Assembly: GCA_951406725.2 (NCBI GenBank)
Contig: OX597827.1
Location: forward strand, 60,698,001 to 60,762,000
Direction: 5' to 3'
Origin: Octopus vulgaris
Lineage: Eukaryota
DNA length: 64,000 nucleotides
The notes under the pieces were generated by a model. The model had not been told where the DNA came from, made no database searches, and saw nothing but the letters and a program-made list of their open reading frames with translations. The position numbers were made by a program, and so were the translations under genes. Shown piece by piece: positions 49,495-62,541 of the stretch. How positions within the stretch are numbered: position 1 is the stretch's first letter; every line of letters starts with the position of its first letter.

Positions 49495-50560
49495 ACTGCC
49501 ACCACCACCATTAACATCACCACTACCACTACCACCACTACCACCATCACTACTACTATCACCACCTTGCCATCACCACCATACCCCAACCACTACCACC
49601 ACCACCACCACAACCACTACTACCACCACTCCCACCACCACCACATCACCATCACCACTACTACTACCACCACCACCACCACCACACAATCATCACCACT
49701 ACTACCACCACCACTACTATCACCACACAGCCATAACCACCATACCCCAACCACTACCACCACACCACCCCCACCCCCATACCCCAACCACTACTACCAC
49801 CACCACATCACCATCACCACTACTACCACCACCACCACCACCACCACAACCGTGTGACCTTGGACTTACTTTCTGAATCAATATCTGCACTTAAGGTCAG
49901 TTCATTAGTATTGAGGACTTGTGGTTGGGCTTTAATAGAAGAAACAATGACAAAGAGGGAATTCATTACTCAGTGGTTTTATTGTGTGTTGCAACACAGT
50001 GATGCATAATTAATGGAGATGGTTGTGGTAATGGTGGTGATGGTGGTGGTGGTGGTGGTGATGGTGGTGGTGGTGATGGTGGTGGTGGTGTGGTGGTGGT
50101 GGTGGTAGTCATCGTTGTTGTCATGATAGTGGTTGTGGTTGCTGGTGTTGTTATGGTGGTGATTGTGATGGTAGTGGTGGTGGAAGTGGTGGTGGTGGTA
50201 ATGGTGGGGGTGGTGGTAATGGTGGTGGTGGTGGTGATGGTGGTGGTAGTGGTGATGGTGCTGGTGCTGGTACTGGTGCTGCTAGTGCTGGTGATGGTAG
50301 TGCTGGTGATGGTGGTGTTGATGGTGGTGATTGTGATGGTAGTGGTGGTGGTGGTGGTGGTAGTGGTGGTGATGATGGTGGTAATGATGATAATGGTGGT
50401 TGCGGTAGCGATGGCAGTGATGGTGGTGATTGTGATGGTGATAGTGATGATGATGTTGATGATGGTGGTGTTGGTGGTGGTGGTGGCTGTTGCAGTTGTG
50501 GTGGTAGTGGTAGTAGTAATGGTAGTGGTGGCATGGTGGGATGGTGCTGTGGGTAGGTGG
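49495..50560. repeat. Opposed degenerate (ACC)n and (GGT)n trinucleotide fields
   Basis: 49495-49850 is CAC/ACC-rich; 50017-50560 is GGT/GTG-rich. Confidence 0.95.
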
Positions 50561-51459
50561 GGTGCCAGCTGCCACTACTACAGTTTTTACTTTTACTGTT
50601 TAGCTCAAAACCAGCTCTGATCCAACTGACCTAGGATGAAATGCGTCCCAGTCATGACCATCCTGTACTTTTCCTGTATCTAAAACTACAATGTTCAATG
50701 AGAGTGAACTATATGGAAATTTGGCTGCTATTTCTAGCAGGGTGGGTGAGCAACCTCCCAGACACTTGTTGCCTTCTGCTGTTGTTATGTCTTGTTGTCA
50801 TGGCTAGACTTGAATGAAGACAGTGGTGGTGGATGAGGGGGTATTGATGGTGCTGACAGAGGAGGTGATGGTGATGGTGGTGGTATTGTTGTTGCTGCTG
50901 CTGCTGCTGCTGTTTGGGGATGCTACTGATGTTGACGTTGGTGTTGTTATTGTTGATTGTGGTGGTGGTGGTTGATAGTGTTGCTGGTGGGGGGGGTGAG
51001 GTTGTTGTTGGTGGTGGTGGTGGCGATGGTGACAGTGGTGTTGCTATTGTTGGTGGTGGTGCTGATATTATTGCTGCTGCTGTTGTTGTTGTTGTTGATG
51101 ATGATGATGATGATGATCATGGTAGAGGTGTCAGTGAAGAATTAAATGAAAGAAGAAAAAGAACAAAAATATTTTATTTAATCCAAAAACATTTCGCAAA
51201 TTTCGTTTTTACAAAATAGTCGCATTTTTTGTTTAAACCATCTTAAAGAAAGTAAAAAACAATTAATTCTTAAAACAATTCGCTAATTAGCCATTATATT
51301 TCTTGATTATTGATGAATGATATAAGATTCAAGGAGTGACTATGGGGCAAGAAGTTTTGTTTCCCAACCACATGGTTCCAGGTTCAGTCCCACTGCATGG
51401 CTGATCAAAGCCTTGTGAGTGGATTTGGTAGACAGAAACTGAAAGAAGCCTGTCATATA

Positions 51460-52617
51460 TGAAAATAAGACCTAACCAGAAAATAAGCATGATTTTTCAG
51501 GATGACTTTAATATAAGCCCTTCCCTTAAAATAAGCCCTAGTTGAGAGCCGTGTGGAAATTTTGTGAAACTCAGCCTACAAGAGATCATGACTTGGGTGA
51601 CGAATTCATGGAACAAAATCACAGATAGCTGTGTTGCCAAAACACTTCAAGCAGGCTGCTTAGACAAGAACTTTTCATTCAATGAGACCTCTACAACACA
51701 ACATGAGAGATTGGGGATGAAAGTTTTGCAGGAAATGGAGTCACACGAAAACTCTGCAGGAATTTTTGAATCTGCTGATTTGCAGAACAAATATATTCCA
51801 GAGGACCGTTTTTAGATAAATTGTTGTTAATGACACTTACTTGCTTACTTGTGACGGCGTTCACCCAGGGCGGGTTGAGCCGGCTTCTTCTCTGGTCCTA
51901 ACGGCATCACGAACCATGGCGGCCCACGCTCGACGGTCCTGTGCGAGGTCACTGGAGATAGCAGGCCATTCGCGGTTCCATCTGTGCAGATTGACCACCT
52001 GTGGACCTGAGAGTTCAGAGAGGTCCTCCTTTATCGTCGTTGCCCAGGTCTTCAGCTGCCCACCCGTGTGTTTGCGCCAGCTGGGAAGGTGGTGGGAGGA
52101 GGATATTGTGAATCAGCTCACCCTCTGGACACCAGGCCGCATGACCGGAATACCTTAAGCACCGTTGTAGAAGTACCAAAGGGAGGGGCCGGAGATTCAG
52201 GCGATGATGAAGACCAGCTGTAGGAACCTGATCAATGCGTTGTCAGCGAAGAATGCGGTGGACACAGTCATTATCGAACACCTCCAGCCTTCACTGATTG
52301 ACTACCCTCATAGGCCATATTTCACGACCATAGAGGAGAATAGTATGAACGACGGCCTGGTAGATTTGCCCTTTGGTCGCCAAGGAGATCTCCTCGGTGA
52401 CCAAAGGGTGATCTTGTTAATGAGAGCTTGAGTAAAAGAACATGTAAATCATCAAATAAATGTAGATCGTTTTTCATAATTTCTGTTTATTTAGTAATTT
52501 TGTAAAGTCGTTCTTTTGGTACATGAGAAAAATATGAACTCACCTGGAAACAAGCCCTAGTGCATCATTTCGGAGTAGTAATTAATATAAGCCGTCTTAT
52601 TTTCGGGGAAACACGGT
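51460..52617 (+). mobile_element. pogo/Tigger-like DNA transposon remnant hosting the RTE insertion
   Basis: GAAAATAAGAC ... GTCTTATTTTCGGGGAAACACGG termini; LQEIMTWVTNSWNKITDSCV DDE C-terminal peptide. Confidence 0.7.
51835..52430 (-). mobile_element. RTE-clade LINE 3' fragment
   Basis: Minus strand ISLATKGQIYQAVVHTILLYGREIWPMR...RLEVFDNDCVHRIL with stops; CAAGTAAG-repeat tail. Confidence 0.8.
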
Positions 52618-53300
52618 GTATATATGTATATGTCTATGTGTGTCTTTGTGTCTGTATTAGTCCCCTACCACTGCTTGACAACTGGTGTTGGTGTGTTTAC
52701 GTCCCTGTAACTTGGCAGTTTGGCAAAAGTGACTGATAGAATAAGTACTAGGCTTAAAGAATAAGTCCTGGGGTTGATTTGTTCAACTAAAATCCTCTAA
52801 AGAGGTGCCCCAGCAAGGCCACAATCAAATGACTAAAACAAGTAAAAGAAAAAAGATAAACATCAAAGACACTTTGCCCCTCAGACAAACTGCAGGAGCT
52901 ACTCTTTTGAATCCATAGCAATGCCAGAAACCCTTCCATATCATCAGTAGGTTTCTCAGGGTCGCGAGCATTCAGATCAATAACAAAAATCAATAATTAG
53001 AAATATTGAAATCTTCAAAAATATCCAGTATTGTATGAATGAATGAATGAATGAGAAAAGAAATAGCAGTTATAACAATCCTATCTACTATAAGCACAAG
53101 GCCTGAAATTTTTGTGGGGAGAGAGCTTGCTGATTCCATTAAGCCCAGTACTTGAGGAATTGCAAGTATTTTATCAACCACTGAAAGGATGAAAGGCAAA
53201 GTTGATCACAGCAGAATTTGAGCTCAGAAGATAAAGACAGAAGAAATGTGGCTAAACATTTTGTACAGTATGCTATTGATTCTGCCAGCTCACTATCTTG

Positions 53301-53388
<88 letters not shown>

Positions 53389-53851
53389 CAACGACGATGA
53401 CGCCGCCGATGACAGCGATGACAACGGTGGCGGTGGCGGCAACGACGACGATGACGATGACGACGACAACAACAACAATAATGATAATAATCCTTCCTAG
53501 TAAGAGTACAAGGCTTGAAATTTTGAGGGAGAAGGCAAGTCAATTACATCAACCCTAGTTTTCAGTTGGTACTTGTTTTGTTTTATCAGCCCCAAAAGGG
53601 TGAAAGGCAAAGTTGACCCCAGCAGAATTTGAACTCAGAACGTGAAGATGACGAAATGACACCAAGCATTTTGCCTGGTATGCTAATGATTTTTGTCACC
53701 TTGCCACCATGGCAGAATTGTTAGCATGCCAGGTAAAATGCTTAGCAGTATTTTCTCCATCTTTACATTCTGAGCTCAAGGTCAACTTTACCTGTCATGC
53801 ATTTGGGGTTGATAAAATTTTTATATCTATTACATTTTATAATTTTTACAT

Positions 53852-54250
53852 AGGCACAGGAGTGGCTGTGTGGTAAGTAGCTTGTTTACCAACCACATGG
53901 TTCCAGGTTCAGTCCCACTGCGTGGCACCTTGGGCAAGTGTCTTCTACTATAGCCTCAGGCCGACCAAAGCCTTGTGAGTGGATTTGGTAGACGGAAACT
54001 GAAAGAAGCCCGTTGTATATATGAATATATTTATATGCATGTGTGTGTTTGTGTGTCTGTGTTTGTCCCCCTAGCATTGCTTGACAACCAATGCTGGTGT
54101 GTTTATGTCCCCGTTACTTAGCAGTTCGGCAAAAGAGACCGATAGAATAAGTACTAGGCTTACAAAAGAATAAGTCCCGGGGTTGAGTTGCTCGTTTAAA
54201 GGCAGTGCTCCAGCATGGCTGCAGTCAAATGACTGAAACAAGTTAAAGAG
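53852..54250 (+). mobile_element. Dominant bipartite tRNA-derived SINE (representative; further copies near 11730, 25710, 31306, 33325, 33940, 42355, 42985, 43345, 46830, 59238, 62405)
   Basis: Head GGAGTGGCTGTGTGGTAAG...GGTTCAGTCCCACTGCGTGGCACCTTGGGCAAGTG, internal TA/TG microsatellite, tail GCAGTCAAATGACTGAAACAAGT; many copies in both orientations. Confidence 0.9.
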
Positions 54251-55642
54251 TAAAAGAGAGAGTAAGGTGCAGGCATGGCTGTCTGGTAAAAAGGTTACTT
54301 TCTAACCACACAATTTCAGGTTCAGTCCCACTACATGATACCTTAGGAAAGTATCTTCTGCTATTGCCCCAGGCAAACCAAAAGCTTTGTGGAGTGGATG
54401 TGGTAGATGGAAACTGAAAGAAACTTGTTGTGTATATGTGTATGCAAGTTAGAGCTTGCATTAATAGTACCATTTGTATGGATAGTAAAGTCCAAAGGAT
54501 TGTTACTCCTTCAGTTTCATACCAGTTTTCTCTATGTTCTGCATTATATCATCTGCATATTATCCAGTGGATGTATAGTCCAACCTTGTCATATCTGATT
54601 TTATATTCATTTGGTGTTAGTGCAGAGCATCCTGATATTATATGGGCAATAGTTTCAAGCTGTACACCACATAACCCATAACCTTTATTTGAGGTCTGCA
54701 CCATTTCAGAAAATATTTACTTGATAATTCCTAATAAAGAGTCTTTCTGGTCCTCTGCAGCACAAATCAAAGCCTTCAGTTTCCCCCTTTAATCCTGAAC
54801 TTCACAGCCACAGATGGATTTGGCCTTGGTCTACATTAATATCTTGGGTACAAAGTGGGAATTGGCTGTCATGAGGTTTTTGTTGTCAGCTTTCTCTAAA
54901 CGTTTTTAGACCTTCTGACTTTGTTTTGTTTCTATAGATTTTTGCTCCTTTAGTTGGAATTAGGTCAGCTTCTAATAATAATAGCTTATTACACCCTTAT
55001 TGTAGCCACTATTTGTACCATGTACTTCTCAAGATTTTTACTCACTGTTCCTAGGGCTCCAGCAATTATTGGTACTATTATTACCTTTTTCATTGACAAG
55101 GTTGTTTATGGGAGACCAGCAGTCACCCATGCATACCGGCCTCCCCTCTCCACGCCACCGATGTTATCCAAGGGAAAGGCAAAGGCCAATACAGCTTGGC
55201 ACCTGTGACGTTGCAATTCATTACTGGAGCAATGTGAAATAAAGTGTCTTGCTCAAGAACACAACACGCAGCCCGATCCGGGATTCGAACTCACAACCTC
55301 ACGATTGTAAGCTCGATGCTCTAACCACTGAGCCATGCGCCTTCACACAATTGTGGGCAATAAAGAGAGTAACTGTCGTCCCAGCAGTTTTTGGGACACT
55401 GGGAACATTAACAACCAGATCTGAGAAATTTGTTGGAGAAAATGGGATGGACATAAGGGTAGAACATGCTCAGAGGAACAACTTTATTGGGGACAATGAG
55501 GATTTTGAGGATAGTAGTATTTGGATGTAATCATGAATAGAGACCCAAAAGATCCTTGAATCAGCCAGAGCAAATGAAACCAAGAGCTCTGAGAAGTGAA
55601 ATAGAAATAATAATAATAATAATAATAATAATAGTAATAATA

Positions 55643-55686
<44 letters not shown>

Positions 55687-55781
55687 CCTTCATTCTTTTA
55701 TTAGCCACAAGGTCTTACATAAAACAACTTTAAATGACATGACACAACAAGAGCAACAACAACAACAACAACAACAACAAC

Positions 55782-55844
<63 letters not shown>

Positions 55845-56280
55845 CATCATCATTATTATTATTATTATTATTCATTCTATCATTAGCTACAAAGGCTTAC
55901 ATAAACAACATTAAATGACATGACACAACAACAACATCAACAACAACCAAAACAACAACAACAACAGCAATAATAATAATTGAACTCACATTATATTCTT
56001 GAAATTGTTTCTTCAAAACATTGAGTATTCATAGCTAAGTTATTGTTGTTGTATAGGCAGCTCAGCCCTGATCCAGCAGATCTGGTCCAGCCATGGCCAC
56101 CCTGTCTACTTTTCAAAGACAATGAATTTCTAGGGATACATTACATGATGCATACTTTGCTTCCTTTTTCTTTGTTTTTTTTTTCTTTTCTTTTTCTATT
56201 TTGAGACAGCAGGTTATAATTTGCTGGAGATTTGGTTGCTATTTCTAGCTGGTAGTACAACCACTTAAATGGATCCTCAC

Positions 56281-56360
56281 CGAAGGCTTTCATCTGTTTT
56301 CACCCGCATGGACATTTCTGTCTGTGAACTGTTTGACTGTTTCCCAGTAAACTAGATCCA
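56281..56360 (-). promoter_or_regulatory. Candidate first exon of the EF-hand-like gene with an X-box (RFX)-like palindrome
   Basis: Unique-looking sequence among repeats, ending CTTCG|GTGAGG; GTTTCCCAGTAAAC (56339-56352) resembles the RFX X-box; upstream CT-rich tract on the minus strand. Confidence 0.3.
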
Positions 56361-57397
56361 CAAAAACAACACATGCAAAGAGGAGGGAGGAAGAGTGAGA
56401 GAGAGAGAGAGGAGGAGGAGGGGGAGAGGAAGAATGAGGAGGAGAGAGAGAGGAGGAGGGGGGAGAGAAAGAGTGAGGGGGAGAGAGTAGTACGTAGAAT
56501 TGTAATCACAGCAACTCTACATTCACACATGTCTGATATACTTTATTCCACCATCACCATCACCATCACCATCACCATCATCATCAACAATACTACTGCC
56601 ACCATCTTCCCCACCGTCATCACCTTAAACACTACCACCCCCGCCATCGATATCATCATCTCTGTCATTTTCACTACTTTCTTCACCCCACAAACACCCA
56701 CACCGTCATCATCATCACCATCGTCATCACCGCCATCATCAGCCCCCACCTTTAACCCTTACATTAGAAATACTAGTAATAATAATAACAAGAAGAACAA
56801 CAACAGCAAAGCAGTAATAGTAATTATTATTATTTCATATATGCACAACAGATTAGACTGATGGAAAAAAATACTATTATTATTGTTGTTGTTGTTGTTG
56901 GTGGTGGAGGTGTTTGTAATTGATAGTGAAGTGGCTAACAAAATCAATTTACATACAAAGAAATGAAGTGAATTGATTTATAATTGCAATAACTAACTAC
57001 TTAAGGGTGACTGACAGAAGTACAAAGGAGATAGTATTAGTAGTAGAATGAAGAGGAGGTGGAGGAGGAGGAAGAGGAGGACGGGAGGGGAGGAGATAAC
57101 AAAATCAATGAAAGTCAAATGAATAAATAAAGATCAGCTTTGAGCATTTGTTTTTGTGTTTTTTTTTATACATATTGTGATGGTGATTAAGGCATTTTGA
57201 CTTTGATAGAGGAAGAAGGGAAGGAGGCAGGGCTGTATCTGAGTCCCTTTTCTAAGGGGATCTTAGAACCATGCGCTCAGCTCTTTTAGACTAGTCTTTT
57301 ACAATATAATGATTGTAGTCATCACGGCTGTTCCAAACACACAAGAAGCAGATATTTTTGGTATATCCCAGCTACAGTCCTAGGAGGAGGGAAATAG

Positions 57398-57865
57398 TTA
57401 AGTTAAGTTAAGTTAATTTTTTGGCTCAAAAAGCAAAAAACAAGGCCATGTAGGGGGACATGGAGTTATGTACAGGGAGGGTGTTCATGCAAAGATTTCA
57501 GGCCATTTCTGGTCAAGAGAGACTTTGAACCGAGCGGTCATCGGCGTCTTCACTATCTCGTCCGGCAGCTTATTCCATGGATCCGCAACCCGGATGGAGA
57601 AAGCCCCTCTCCTTCGATTGATATGAAATCGTCGCAGATAGAGCTTTTCGGAGTGACCCCACAGCCGACGCTCTGGAGCAGGAGTGAAGAACAGCTCTTT
57701 CGAGAGGTTACACTTTCCGCTTATGATGTTGTGAGCGAGAATGAGATCACCAAGGCATCGTCGTTTTTCTAGAGAATAAAGGTCGAGTGTCTTCAGCCTT
57801 TCTTCATAAGACAAATGCTTGAGACCAAGAACCATGCGGGTAGCCAGCTTCTGGACTCTTTCGAG
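57398..57865 (-). mobile_element. CR1-type LINE 3' fragment
   Basis: LSYEERLKTLDLYSLEKRR.GDLI...FSIRVADPWNKLP; (TTAAC)n tail at 57398-57416. Confidence 0.9.
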
Positions 57866-58750
57866 ATGACATATGTCTTTGAGGAGAAATCACCATAAAT
57901 ATTCCATTTGTGAATTGAGTAATTAACTCCTTTCAGAATAAGATCCATCAGTTCATAAGTTTCTTCCATACCGACAATATGACCCACAGGAATGGAAGGT
58001 TTTGCATTACCATTATGTAGCAATACAGCTTTGAGGCTAACCTTACTCAAGTCCATAAACAATTTCCATTCATAAGCCACATGCACGTGTTCTAGTTTTT
58101 GCATGAGTGCTTTAATGTCAATACAGAAACAAGCATTTATTTTCTTGCTTGAAAAAGACAGATAAACCTTTATGGTGAGAATGGAAAATGGAAATTTTTG
58201 TCCCTTACTGTAGGAGATTCCGTTGCTGTAGTCTGGATCCCAAAACTTCTGCCTTCTCTTTTGACAACGCTAGGTCTTTCACTAAATCGTTCAAATTTTC
58301 TTGATTAAACAAGCATGACTCATTTTTTTTAGAATCAACTTTGTATTCTTCATTGAGAGGAAAATCAGGGGGTTCATTGTGAGACACATCAAGGTCTTCA
58401 AGTGAATTATGTGAGAAGGGAACTGGGACAGGGTTTTCAAAGTCATGTGGGACCGGTTTTAGAGCCGACTTACAATCTGCATACACAATTTTTGCTTTGG
58501 TCATCTTTGAGAAACCACTAATATTAGACATGCAAAAGTAACAATCAGACATGACTGATTGGCTTATGCCATACCAATTGTACAGCAAAAGGTATTCCCT
58601 GCCGTTTTTCATCCAACCACCGTGTAAGCCCTGAGTAACATGGAGTAATATATATATCAGGTGCCCACCCCTTGTCTTGGTCCCCAAATTTATACCTGAA
58701 ATAATATTTATAGACAGTTTTTAATTTGGTGGCAATGTTCTTCTTCTGGT
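57866..58750 (-). pseudogene. Frameshifted Chapaev3-type (CMC) transposase fragment, interrupted by the CR1 insertion
   Basis: GDQDKGWAP, FAVQLVW...SDCYFC, LNDLVKDLALSKEKAEVLGSRL and WKLFMDLSKVSLKAVLLHNGN across three frames. Confidence 0.8.
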
Positions 58751-60199
58751 CATCATCATCATCATCATCATCATCATCTAGTGTTTTAAATCTGGGTTTT
58801 GTTCCCATTAATGGGGGTGACCGGATCTACCTCATGTGCCATAGCAACTGAGGTAGGCAGATGCAGCCCACCTCAACCTTTGGGCTGGCTGGTGCCCATT
58901 CTTCTTTGCTATCATGACGCTTTATTTGAGCTGGATTTTCTATAGGGAGCATGCCCTTTCTTACCCTCAACCTCAGATTCTAGACATGAGTGGTCTTGAG
59001 ACCAAGGTCTCTACCACGATTTTTAAGAAATGTGGTGGAAAACTAGCTCAGGAAGAAAAGGATGCTACTCCCTGAGACCCCTTTCGGAGCCACCACCCCA
59101 CTACCTGGTCACGTGGAGCAAATTTTCTGCAGACATAACAAAAGTTGTCTGGGAGATTCACACAGCTTCTCCTGTTCATGATCTAACACAATGAACACAG
59201 TTAAAACAGTAATCACGCAGAGTGAGAGATACACATAGGTGCAGTAGTGGCTGTGTGGTAAGTAGCTTGCTTCCCAACCACATGGTTCCGGGTTCATTCC
59301 CACTGCGTGGAACCTTGGGCAAGTGTTTTCTACTATAGCCTCAGGTCGACCAAAACCTTGTGTGTGGATTTGGTAGACGGAACTGAAAGAAGCCCGTCAT
59401 ATATATGTATATGTATATATATATATCTATGTATGTGTATATGTTTGTGTGTCTGTCTTTGTACCCCCACCATCGCTTGACAACCGATGGTGGTGAGTTT
59501 GAGTCCCCGTAACTTAGCAGTTCAGCCCAAGAGACCAATAGAATAAGTACTAAGTTTACAAAGAATAAGTCCTGGGGTCGATTTGCTCGACTAAAGGTGG
59601 TGCTCCAGCATGGCTACAGTCAAGTGACTGAAACAAGTAAAAGTGTAAAAGAGTAAGAGTAAGATACTGAAAGTTACCAAGAACAAACTGACATATTAGG
59701 CATTGCACACAATAAATTAGTGCCATCTATTGCTAAACTAAATTATGAACTTTCTCATCATTTGTTTTATTGCTGTTATTTCTTTAATTTTGAATTAAGA
59801 CTGCTTTCATATTAGCAAATTCTATAATATGGCCTATATCTAACCGAAAGTATAGTTAAAATCTTGCGCATGCACATAACACAAAATCCTGATGTGCTAG
59901 AACAATTCTGAGAGCAGATTCAGAGTCAGCATCCCCGATTTAGTCTAAAACACATGTTTTTTTTTACCCCAGTAGCAAAATCTTTGTTACCCAGTGTTAT
60001 ATATACTTACATACATGCATGTACACATGCACATACATACAGGTGCAGTTGTGGCTGTATGGTAAGAAGCTTGCTTCCCAACCACATTGTACCAGGTTCA
60101 ATTCCACTGTGTGGCACATTGGGCATGTGTATTTTACTATAGCCTCATGGTAACCAAAGCCTAGTGAGTGGATTTGGCAAACAGAAGAAGCCTATCGTG

Positions 60200-60279
<80 letters not shown>

Positions 60280-60284
60280 TATTT

Positions 60285-60341
<57 letters not shown>

Positions 60342-60545
60342 CATACATATATACATACATACATACATATATATATATATACAGATATATATATATAAAG
60401 GGAAAGTTTACTAAAATAAACAAAAGACGAAGGCAGGTGGAGTACAAACAAACAAATGTATTAGTATAGCGCTCAGGAATAGAAAAAGTCTTTTACATCT
60501 CGAGCCTATGCTCTTCGACAGAGAGATTCACAGACTACAGCAACA

Positions 60546-60588
<43 letters not shown>

Positions 60589-60643
60589 TATAGGGTATAC
60601 CAACGGCCTAGTGGAAAAGAGAAAATATACAAGTATATAAATA

Positions 60644-60832
60644 TAGAATGACAACAGGTCATCGTATAGTAGTAATTCAAAGTGAAAATTAAAAATTTAC
60701 CCTAATTCATCTTTTAGACGTTGCAACGTCTAAAAGATGAATTAGGTAAATGTTTTGAATTTTCACCTAATTTTGAATTACTACTACTGGCGGTGGTATG
60801 GCTGGTGGACAATGACCTGTTAGGGTCATTCT
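60644..60832. repeat. Fold-back with a perfect 46-bp loopless palindrome (60701-60746) between (TA)n tracts
   Basis: CCTAATTCATCTTTTAGACGTTG|CAACGTCTAAAAGATGAATTAGG with imperfect outer arms. Confidence 0.85.
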
Positions 60833-60865
60833 AAATTGTTATATATATATATATATATATATATT

Positions 60866-60907
<42 letters not shown>

Positions 60908-60928
60908 TATATATATATACATACATAC

Positions 60929-60974
<46 letters not shown>

Positions 60975-61380
60975 GTGTATGTATATATATACATACATAT
61001 GTGTGGAGGCGGGGGTTGTGTGTCTGTGTTTGTTTCCATCACCAGTTGACAACCAGTGTTGGTGTGTTTATGTCCTTGTAACTTAGCAATTCGGCAAAAG
61101 AGACCATTGGAATAAGTACCAGGCTTTAAAATAATAAATCCTGGGATCGATTTGTTTGATTAAGTACTCAGTAGAGTACAGTATAAACTCATCCACCTTC
61201 AGATTTCACCTGATGCTATCTAACCGTGGTATTATACCTACTGCCAGATTTGTGTTGGGCTTCTGTAGTGTGTGAATGGACAATTAAATAAGTTTAAAGA
61301 ACACAGAAACAATATTGAATTGAATTAAGTATAACTGGATATGAGCTTACAGAACACAAAAACAATATTTATATTTATAT

Positions 61381-61470
61381 ATCACCTGATGAATTATAAG
61401 ATCTCACAATGTAAGGAAACGGTTACATAACCAAATAGGTGAAAACCTGCATGGAAACAATTGTAGTGAT
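61381..61470 (+). ncRNA. Type I hammerhead ribozyme motif in a Penelope-type terminal remnant
   Basis: AUCAC-CUGAUGA-[61 nt with two internal hairpins]-GAAA-CAAUUG-UA-GUGAU: perfect 5-bp stem I, intact core, palindromic stem III; followed by AATAAA and TA repeats. Base of stem II poorly paired. Confidence 0.7.
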
Positions 61471-61570
61471 TACAAATAAATGTCCTGTAATCCTTGTTGA
61501 CTCCAACTTATTCAATTATATATAAGTATGCATGTATGTATATATGTACGTATGTATACATCTCTCTCTT

Positions 61571-61646
<76 letters not shown>

Positions 61647-62503
61647 CATACATACACACACACATACACACATATATAAATATAGAGATACACAGAGAGA
61701 AAGAGGTACAAAAGGAATGGGGAGGGTATGCATAAGGAGTAGTGTCTTGTAAAAGGACAACAGTAGAGTTTTTCCAGTCTATATATTTTCTAATGGTATG
61801 CATGCACTAATGATATAAGTTCTGTTAAGACTGGTGGCAAAACGTCATGGAAATAGGAACAATACAGTATTAGTGTAATCAATAAAATATTAGATGTAAA
61901 GAAATCTTTATAATAATTATAGATCTTTATTTCTTGGTATTGATCTCAGAATGTTAGTTAGGTTACACTTAATTGCCAGAAATACTTACAAACTCAGAGC
62001 TAACCACATATAGCTTCATCATCATCATCCAGTGTTTTAAATTAACGTGGGTGGCCAGATCTACATCAATGCCATAGCAACCACCCTCACACCATCATGC
62101 CCGGTTTTGGGCATCCTCCTTTCTCAAATCAACCTGCCCAATCTCCTCCTCCGCATTTTCCTCAGTCCAACTTGCTTTCACGCTCCATTTACCTCAAATG
62201 CAATCACCCTCCTCAGAACATGCTCTTCGTCCCTCCTTAACACATGCCCATACTACCTCACTCCATTTGCCCTTGCCAACCATTCCAGCTTAAGTTTACA
62301 AAGACTTGTTGATGATAGGTGAATTCCCAATCAGTGCTTAAATCTACCCACGACAAACAAGGGCAACAATTCCTAATTTTAAAATATTTGGAAATGATTT
62401 TTATGAGCTCAGTCCCACTTTGGGCAAGTGCCTTCTACTATAGCCTCAGGCTGACCAAAGCCTTGAGAGTGGATTTGGTAGAAGGAAACTGAAAGAAGCC
62501 TAT

Positions 62504-62541
<38 letters not shown>

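Noticed and set aside
50090-50620. Long Val/Pro/His-rich ORFs, and the many YI/CV/HT-repeat ORFs throughout the track
   Set aside because: Translations of stop-free microsatellites and SINEs, not genes.
52787-52993. ORF DLNARDPEKPTDDMEGFLALLWIQ as an upstream exon of the EF-hand-like gene
   Set aside because: No convincing acceptor-donor pair, and it runs into a SINE tail.
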